A program made the translations under genes and the position numbers. A stretch of 61,839 bases of DNA, filler included, from Sphacelaria rigidula (taxonomy: Eukaryota): assembly GCA_964200075.2 (NCBI GenBank). It is 5 parts of 5 records of this genome, joined end to end, with 100 filler letters (N's around TTAATTAATTAA, not from the genome) between each part and the next. Parts side by side here need not be neighbours in the genome. Positions count along the whole stretch, not along the records: positions 49,554 to 61,839 come from CAXNAA020003919.1; 4 more parts are not named here. One strand, 5' to 3'. Positions 53,201 to 61,839 of the stretch are shown here, in pieces. Within the stretch, counting starts at the first letter, position 1. Each line of letters opens with the position of its first letter. The notes beneath the pieces are model-generated. The model was not told the origin of the DNA, ran no database searches, and saw only the letters and a program-made list of their open reading frames with translations.

Positions 53201-56200
53201 TCGTGAAATGTGGAGCGGATACAAAGCCCATAAGTGATTCAATGTTGAGTACGGATTATTTTTCTTCGTGAAATGTGGAGCGGATACAAATATTTCAGAT
53301 CCATGATGTGATCAGCAATGGCAAGCGAAAAGAGCCCAAGAAAATGGCCAATTACGAGAAACTCACAAAATGCCATAAAATGATTAGTTAGGTTGCCCAC
53401 TACTGTACGAGCCAGAACAGCCTGCCCGGCTGGTGAGGAGAGGTCGCTAGGAACACCGTCAGGAGCAGAAAAAAATACGCAATTACGCTTGATCTATTTT
53501 CAACAAGCCCAGCCAGCACACGTGCGCAGCAGACGTGCCATGAACGTACAGGACAACCATAGCAAGACCATGGCAAGAATTGGCCGCCGCGCCCCCGTGA
53601 TGTACTGTAGTGGTGTAGTGGTGTAGTGGTATAACTGCAGATACTCGGTCGGAAGACTGCAGGCTCGATTCCTGGCATATTCGATTTCTTGACAAGCGTA
53701 TCCAATTTTCGTCGTTGAAAACGGGAGGACGTGAGTACAAAAGGAAATGTTAGTGACCAGAGTCGACGCGTTGCTGGAGTGCCGATCCAATTCGCGATAC
53801 CAAAACAAACATGAGGCATATACGGGGGAGATGGGTTGGTGTCTGGAGACCATGGCCTCGTCCCAATGATGAGAAGGAATCGAAAAATGTGCGAAACAAT
53901 GGCTACGCCTTGAACGGCACACATGCACGAGACACAGAGATGTACTGGTCCCTAGATGGCATTTAGTGTACGGTTGTACAAAGATAAGCCGTTTACATGC
54001 TATTCAGCGTAGCTCTACTTTTCTGCCGATGCAGTTCTATCGTGAGCTGGAGTGGACTCTGCAGACACCGTTGCTCTACCGTAGTACTGTACTACGCACC
54101 ATCTGCAGCATCAGTGTATGTGTCATTCTCCAATTATCTAGATCACAAGTAAAAAAGCCTCTCTCAAGTGGGTCACGTGCGATGTATCGTAATTTTTGGG
54201 TGTAACTGCGCTTTGTCCATATATCTGTGTCAGTGGCCGTCCTGGTGCGGAATAGAATACCGTTCCGGTACAGTACAACACAAGTCTCGGTACTAACACA
54301 TAGCCCTGTCGTGTTTTCTGATTCCCTCACTTGTATGCGGGATCCTATGGTGATCGCCACAGGGACCTCTGGGGCTGCAGCGAGTTGATGACTTTACCCG
54401 AGGGATTTTTCCAGGAGCTGCCAGCGCTGGAGCGTATGTGAGTAGCATAAGCTGCGTTGGCAGGGCCCCGTGGGTGGAAATGTTTGATACTTTTGCCCCT
54501 CCGGGTTAGAGTATTGTCTACACTTCGTGTGCGCTTATCTCACTCTGACCTGATTCTTGAACTCCTCGCCTGTAGGCCACTTACCAGATCGATCTGTCGT
54601 TTTGGCTAAATTGGCATCCGCCCCCCTGGAGCCACGTTGGGGCGGGTGGGTATGGTAACGCATCTCACGATTCTCTCGCGGCATTCGACATTCCCCAGGG
54701 GGGTTCTGTTGAGCCTGGCGAAATGTGTGTAGAACGAGATACGTATACAAACGTACCCTCACGTCCCTCCCGTTCCCCATCGATACAAAAACGTCCTCCC
54801 TAACGTACCGTGTTTTTCTGCTCTTTGCAAATTCAATCGCGGCTCTCCTAGGAGGCTCGACAGGAATGCCTTCACCGAGCTTCCCGAGGGATTGTTTCAG
54901 GGATTGACGGCGCTGGAGTACGTGTGAGTCAATCCTTGATTCGTACATTTTTTCCTTGGGCCATCCGAAGTAAATTGTAGTTATGTACGTGTCCATGCTC
55001 TTATTCCTCGACTGGCCTTCTCCTTGTTATTCTGACGTCATTGTACCTTGACTGGTCACGAATACTCTCCGCGGGTGCTCTCGCAGACAACTCCACCTCA
55101 ATGCCCTCACCACGCTGCCGGAGGGATTGTTCAACGGACTGACGGCGCTCGATGAACTGTGAGCTCCCCACGGTGTCAGACATCACCAGACACGGTCCTG
55201 GATTTCAGTGTACCACAGTACCGCACCCCGTAAATAGGCCTTGGGTTGCAGCACGTATCAGGCTAAGGACTCCGGGGAGGATCGGTTGTCAGACGATAGA
55301 CTGTTTGAACAAACTCAAGCTCGTGGCGGTGGCTGAGATATACTACGTTTTGGCTGTAACTCACAAGGACTAGAGTCATGACGAGTCGTGTACCTTTGTC
55401 AAGTGCCACCCGTGTCCTGTCAGTCCCTTTGCATTTGTCGGACACCTCTCTCCGCGACTGAAGCTGACGACTGTTGCTGTGTCTTACTGCAGGTGGCTGA
55501 GCGAGAATTCTCTGAACGAACTGCCCCAAGGAGTCTTCCAAGGACTGACGGCGCTGGAAAGCCTGTGAGTTCCCCCACCGATGTTTTTGGGTCATAGACC
55601 TTACTCGCTAGAACTCCGGTGACACCACGTGCGAAATAAGATGCTAAGGTCAACTCCCGTTCCTGCAGTGTCCGTCTTGCCTTGGTCAGACGCCAGTAAA
55701 ATCGGATACTGTAATGGCTAAAATCTTCGGTTTTTCTCGCTGCGCCCATGGCCATAGTTTTCCGCTCGGTTTTAAGCGTGATAGTCTATCCATCTGCCCA
55801 CGCATCATTCAATCAGTCAATGACCCCCGGCATGGACTTGTTATCAATCGGTGACTGTCGCAGGCACGTCGACGGGAACGGCTTGGCCACGCTGCCCGAG
55901 GGGGTTTTACGAAGCCTGACAACGTTGACGCGACTGTGAGTGCCCACCTCCGGACGCAAGAGTGTGAAGCTTCTCCGCGCCATCAAACGAAGATTTGGTC
56001 CTCTCTTGAGATGCTGAAATCCAGGCTCAGGCTGGGCTTTTGCCATGTGTTTATCGAGAAAATGGAATCAGTGATAGTTTGGAACACTTGCGCGTACACA
56101 CGATGTGCATTGCAAAGCGAAGCCCGCCGTCGGGCTTTCAAAAGTGCCCGTTTCGACGTAATTCATCCGCGTTTATGCTGAAACGAGCGATACTGCCGCG

Positions 56201-59200
56201 AAGTGTGTTGAGTGGGAGATATTCAGCTTGCCTACGCCCTGTTGGTTAGGCAGATATGCCCCGTAAGCCCTCCGTTGATAACTCAATGTCGATGTATTCC
56301 TTCGATCGCTCTTGCAGGTGGCTGGACAACAACTCCTTCACCGAGCTGCCCGAGGGCGTGTTCCAGGATCTGACGGGGTTGGAAAAGCTGTGAGTCACCC
56401 AGCGGCATTGCCAAAGAACTCCCGGGCAATCTAGAGCGAAATGGAAGTCTCCCCCCTCTTATTCATATCAACACGTATGGAGCGTATTATAGGCGACACG
56501 CGTGTCGAAGGTATCGTGAGCGACTAGGTAGGTATCGCCCCCCCCGCGACCCCGCAGCTTGAATCGTTGACCTATAGGTGTAAGGAGTGCTGGGCACCAC
56601 GCGACACGAAAGACATTTTGTAATTGACATCGACGTATCAAGACGGAGGGCGTATCTGTACACTTCAGAGCTCTGTGTTTCTGTGTAAAACAAAGAGTAC
56701 AGGCTAACTTTGACTCATCATTATCTCATCTCCATCGGGCGGACGACACATTATACCCGCAACCCTATTTCGTTCTCTTGTCTCTTGCAGGTACCTTGAC
56801 GACAATCCCATGGCAATGTTGCCCGAGGGGCTTTTCACGGGCCTGACAGCTCTGGACCACTTGTGAGTGAAGTCGGGCTCGGCGCTTGTCAGGGCGGGAA
56901 CTCGTGTACTACAGCACTCGTGTGATGTCGACTGATTTGCGACCCTGCTCCAAGACGTAGGCATGATGTCCGCCGCCTGAAACACCCTGAGTACCTCCGA
57001 TGCTCACGTGTTCCGCTGTCGGCTGTCGCAGGGACCTTCAGAGGAACGCTCTGATCGCGCTGCCGGAGGGGATCTTCGCGGACCAGGCGGCGCTGAGCTC
57101 ACTGTAAGTGTGCCAAGGGTACAAACTGATTTCCGTTCACAGACATGTACAGCCCGGACAAGATGAGTGGTGGTTGAGTAACTCCTGGCAGACCTAATCA
57201 GTCTTCAGTCCTGATAGAGGAGCGACTGCCGTGAGAAAGAGCCCTCGCTCAGTTACGCAACCTGGACTCGCTGTCAGCCGTCGATTGTCATGATTTTGCT
57301 TAGTAGGTTTTAGCGCTGTACTTTTTCACATCGCCGGGGCGGTGACCTTGTCGTAAACATTGTGTGGTCTTGTGAGCCATGTCCTGTTCCATGGTTCTCG
57401 CAGGTACCTCGACGGGAATGAGCTCACCACACTGCCGGAGGGGGTGTTCGAGGGGCTGACTGGATTGGACAGGCTGTGAGTATCCCCGCGGCCTTACATC
57501 TCGCAGGGTGTAACTGTAACGATTTGTGATGGAGGTACGCTTGCCAACTTTCCCCCGTTCCGTACCCACTTTCATTCATTCTACGGCATTCCTGTGCATA
57601 AGTAGACGGTCTGTTTTGCCTTCTCATCAATCCAACGCCGTTCGTTGGCTCTCGCAGGGATCTTCACGACAATGACGATCTTCAGTGCGTGCCGTCCAAG
57701 TGAGTGTGCGGGTGGCATATTCCGTGCGCAGAGCACTACTGCTGTTGTAGATGTGTTGAAATTGTACATTCTCAGCTTGCCTGGGGGGATACAGACGAAT
57801 AATTCTGCCACAATAGAGGGTTCGGAGCACGATCAAGTACTAGCACCGATATCATCGCAGTCCGTTTGCATGGAACGTAGCTTCGGTTGTATGCTGCTGA
57901 TCTCTCCGTTCCCCGACAGAGTGCAAGCGTCGCCGCCATATCAGCTTACTCTTGGTTGTATAACATTTTCAGTTGCCACATGGACTGGGGAAGTCGCAGT
58001 TCCCGTTGTACTTGTTGATGTCAAACCTCGAGGAATATTGCGCCCTAGCTCCCCCGTTATCTGCGTGACAGTATGTTTTCGTGATGTATGCTTGTTCTGG
58101 GCTCCCTGCTGAACCCTGCTGCAGCTCTGCAACAGCTGTCACTACTTCCAATGGCGCCGAGGCTGGCGTGTGCGGTGAGTGCATTGTCGAAGCTTTATTT
58201 TTTTAGATCTGAGGGTGCACAGTGTGTCGTATGCATCAACATGTGCGTTTGGTCACATTGGCGATAAATCAGCTTCACAGTACCCTAGCTTTGGCGCGGT
58301 ATTGTGCTCTTGTTATGAATGTACGGACTACCGAAGCACTCTGGGACACTCATTAATGTCAAGGCTCCTCCATACCCCTGTGGCCATGCCGTTCGGTTGG
58401 CTCCACGGCGGTGCCGCCCGTGTTTTCATCACACGTCGGAGAAGTGCACCCAAACGGCTGGTCGGCTGCACAATTTTCGTCGCTCGATATATAAGATTTG
58501 CATCATATAGATAGTCACTGGCTGAAACTACGAAAAATTCCCAGATAATCTGTAAGTAAGTACTGTCCGTCGTCATACACTCGTCACTGTTTCATTGATG
58601 TTTGGTGCAGGGTGCGAGCCAGCTGCCGCCGTCATGTGCGATGATGGAATCGACTGTAAACCTGGAGTATCTGTTGAAAACCCGGGATACACGTGCGGTA
58701 AGGTCTAAGCATTAGCATCGCCCAGCATCTGCTGGCATCGGTAGCGTTCAGCCCGGGAAAGCACCCAACGCGACAGAGTGACTATGTCGCGTACTGCACA
58801 TTCCTCCTGTCCGTGTGTCCAACTATAACCGTATCCGTACACAGTGCCATTGTCCATTGTATATACTGCGTGGTGATGGCCTTCTCCGGCAACGCGTGAC
58901 CTCGCTATACTCCGGAAGGCAAGGCATGGCCTCGCTGCACTCGGGTAGATCACCCCGTATTCCTCATCTAGTCGGCTGAGAAACCAACCAGAAAATCTGT
59001 TTGTCTCTCTCTTTATCCGTTCCGCAGAGTATCGCGGCCGTAACCAAGTACATTGTAGGCGTGTAGATATGATCGTGTACACGCTCCTACAACCCATCGC
59101 GTGGGTATTTACATGACGAGGCTAAGAACACCCCGATAACTGCCCACATCGACAGGTGTGACCACGTGCAGCAACGGTGTTCCCGGTGTCGAGTCTCAGG

Positions 59201-60468
59201 AGGGATTCGTCTGCTGTGTGGCTGAATGCGGCGCGTGCGGTGGCGTGGGCTGCTCCTCGTTTGGCGCCACCTACGGCCTTGATGCCAACGACTGCTGTGT
59301 GGGCAAGATCCTCGATAATGGCCAATCGTGCTCTACCACGGGCGCCGCTCCTTGCGTCATCAACGAAGTCGACGGCGATGACGACGATGATGAGGGTGAC
59401 GACGATGACAGTGAGTTTCTCTGATGAACTGCTGAACATGTCCGCTCGGCCACGCCTGCCGACCGGCACGATATTGTGCGCGAGGAGGCGTCCTCAGCCG
59501 GTTTCCCGCCTGTGCGTCCGCCACCCTGTCGGCGTCGGAATGACATGGTCACATCGGCACGAGACGTTGTATGATTTGTTGACAAAAGAAGGCCGTTCTC
59601 CCTGCACGGTGTCAACGAACATGTGATGTCTTGTTCTCGAGACAGGCACGATGTTATGCTCGTCGCGAGACGTGTCCTTCGAACGTTAAGGAACTATGTC
59701 TCCAACGCCCTTCCTTGTGTCTTCGCCGTGTGATCACTGCTTCCATGAGGGCCGGCCGGGCCCAACTCCGCCATCAAGTACGTGGTGGACGTGTGGGCGT
59801 GATTTTTTACATGATCCTACAGTCCATCGTGTGGATGGTTTCATAACGAGGCTAAGAACACCCCGATGACTCTGCCGTTATCGACGTGTGTCACGACAGG
59901 TGTGACCACGTGCAGCAACGGTGTTCCCGGTGTCGAGTCTCAGGAGGGATTCGTCTGCTGTGTGGCTGAATGCGGCGCGTGCGGTGGCGTGGGCTGCTCC
60001 TCGTTTGGCGCCACCTACGGCCTTGATGCCAACGACTGCTGTGTGGGCAAGATCCTCGATAATGGCCAATCGTGCTCTACCACGGGCGTCGCTCCATGTG
60101 CTATCGATCGAGGTAAGCGTAGAGAGAGAGGGTGGGTGAAAAACGTGGAGAGATAAAAGCGGCCCGACTCTTTGGCACGATATGGCGCAATGTGCCGTAC
60201 AATAGTACCGTATGACGACACATGGTTGGCGCCACTATAAGTAGAGCGCAGAGCTAAGTGGGATCGTGAATCGCAAGTAGATGTATTCCTTGTACCCCGC
60301 CGATCATATGACTGCTTTCTTCGAGTCGTAACTGTTGCACACATGTATAGTGTTGCGCAGCTAGCTGACATGACGTAGTTAACCGACCGCACCATCCGCT
60401 TCCCCCGGCTGTCGCTCTGTCGGTTTTCTCTGTACCTCCGGTGTATTACCTCCATTGCAGCACGTTGA
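50246..60468 (+). CDS. Secreted leucine-rich-repeat protein with C-terminal Cys-rich modules (~557 aa if all exons are used)
   Basis: N-terminal exons: 50246-50309 (signal-peptide-like MRLLWSMQFLVAAMTGWSLVEG), 50531-50600, 50830-50919. LRR exons: 52193-52264, 52479-52550, 54363-54437, 54852-54923, 55087-55158, 55493-55564, 55864-55935, 56318-56389, 56791-56862, 57032-57103, 57404-57475. Cap and C-terminal exons: 57658-57699, 58125-58174, 58611-58697, 59156-59410, 59900-60112, tentative terminal exon 60461-60468. All are GT-AG, phase-compatible and stop-free. Confidence 0.9.
53166..53290. repeat. Near-perfect tandem duplication, 65-bp period
   Basis: TAAGTGATTCAATGTTGAGTACGGAT...GGAGCGGATACAAA occurs twice. 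Confidence 0.92.
53619..53678 (+). other. tRNA-like Pol III head (possible SINE)
   Basis: A-box-like TGGTGTAGTGG and B-box-like GGCTCGATTCC at tRNA-like spacing. No clean cloverleaf. Confidence 0.4.
59116..60100 (+). repeat. Duplicated Cys-rich exon module with upstream intron sequence
   Basis: 59156-~59343 is essentially identical to 59900-~60087. ACGAGGCTAAGAACACCCCGAT precedes both. Confidence 0.95.
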
Positions 60469-61707
60469 AGCCGAAAAGGTCGGGCTTCTGGACGAGCCAA
60501 CCGCCACTATAACCGAATTCCAAACGGGGGTCAAGGACGTCTCCTTACGCCATTGGGGGTGGAGGAATCTTTTGCCTCGTAGATTTCTCTACCCTGTTAA
60601 TCTGCTTGTCAACATTAGATCGTCAACCTTCAGGGTGGTCTGCTGCTATCGCAAGAGATGATGGAAAGGTCGTTCATTCGTGTCTCCGAAGAATATTCCG
60701 GGCGCTGACCATCTGCACATTGCGACACTATACTTGAAGTAGGTAGCACCAGATCTTCGGCTGCTTCGGTGCGCTTCCATGCTGTGACCATGCCACCATT
60801 GACGTGATTTTGCGTAGTTCCGTAAGATTATCATGTATTTTTTTCTGTCGAGTTTTTCAAGCTGTTGACACTATGTACTTGACTTTAGGGGAAGATCTAG
60901 CTGTTCACTAGCTCTATTTTGTTATGTTACTGTAATTTTGGCAAGATTTCAAGGGCGAGTGCGGCGCACACGCAACCGCGGCCAAACCTGTCGCGGATGC
61001 TGACATGGTAGTGCAGTGAAGGTCGTTCGACACTATTGTTTGGCATCTTTTAGTAGGAGTTGACATCTTTTACTCGGAGTGTTGGTACCCGGTTACTTCG
61101 CCGTGTTTTTTTCGGGCGTTTCTGAACCCCATACCTGTGAAAAATCTCCCGTGTTTTTGAAAGCAGAACGAAGTGGTATAAACCATGCCTTTGTGTACCC
61201 CTGTGTAAAAGTGTAGCCGAGGAGACTGCAGTATTGCGGTTTTCCCACACCCTTCTCGAACCTATGTTGAAGTTCGACTTTCGTGACGCCGAAGCGTGAC
61301 CATCTTCTCAACGTTCGCCGTACTATAAAAACGCGTTGACAATTATTAGGTGCAAGTAATCTTCGGAAGAAGGAAAACATCGTGTTTATAGGGGAGTTTG
61401 GTGCGTCGTGTGTAGGGCCTGTGTAACCAGTCTTTCACTCATCAAATTTCCATTTCTTGTTCATGCGTTACAGTAGGTCGGGAAAATGTGGGCTCTATTC
61501 CCGCCATGTACGTTTAGTCTTTTTTGTTGTTGTTGTAAAGTTCTGATTTCCGTTGTTGAACGCGTAAGAACGCGAGCAGCTGAAGCAGCATGTATCTGCA
61601 TTTGATACAATAGTTGACTCGGTGCGGGAGTGGTGGTCATGATACAATCCCCGACACCAAGATATATTGCGTGTACCGGGGGAGAGATGGGCTGACCCCC
61701 GAGAGAC

Positions 61708-61807
61708 CTCGAGCCTGGTCCAGCGAAGACCCGGCGTGCTCCTTTTCGCCTCCGTAGGGATGCAAGGTCAATGGCCGTGTGAATACGGCATGAAAGATCA
61801 TGAGTAT

Positions 61808-61839
<32 letters not shown>
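61708..61839 (+). repeat. 3' end of repeat family A with a poly(C) run at the contig end
   Basis: CGAGCCTGGTCC.GCGAA.ACCCGGCGTGCTCC...GTAGGGATGC...CATGAGTATA(C)n. Confidence 0.85.

Noticed and set aside
53619-53678. Functional tRNA gene
   Set aside because: A/B-box-like motifs only. No convincing acceptor or anticodon stems.
52193-57475. Recurring CCCGAGGG...GTGAGT motifs as a CRISPR-like array
   Set aside because: They are LRR-coding exons with variable, intron-sized spacing in a eukaryotic gene.
14480-60468. Methyltransferase + PPR + nucleotidase + LRR genes as a functional cluster
   Set aside because: They lie on separate, artificially joined contigs.

Overview
Eukaryotic, intron-rich and repeat-rich DNA. 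It is most likely from a brown alga (Ectocarpus-like Phaeophyceae); this is inferred from splice-site style and a Cys-rich repeat type, not from a search. The window is not contiguous: it is five length-sorted contigs (12292, 12288, 12287, 12286, 12286 nt) joined by 100-nt N/TTAATTAATTAA spacers, so adjacency across gaps means nothing. Contig 1 holds a decayed Ty3/Gypsy LTR retrotransposon with discordant LTRs and a chromo + PWWP/Tudor-like integrase tail, nested 248-bp MITEs and a LINE endonuclease fragment. Contig 2 holds a spliced METTL21/23-type SAM methyltransferase gene. Contig 3 holds the 3' part of a Gly/Ala-rich gene (+), a PPR gene (-) and a LINE RT relic. Contig 4 holds the middle exons of an NT5DC-family 5'-nucleotidase gene whose introns carry MITEs and a long G:U-rich hairpin. 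Contig 5 holds an apparently complete gene for a secreted protein: signal peptide, 11 one-repeat-per-exon phase-symmetric LRR cassettes with variable concave-face residues, then duplicated Cys-rich modules. This LRR cassette gene is the best candidate for an interesting system. Gene models were read by hand from splice signals and reading frames.
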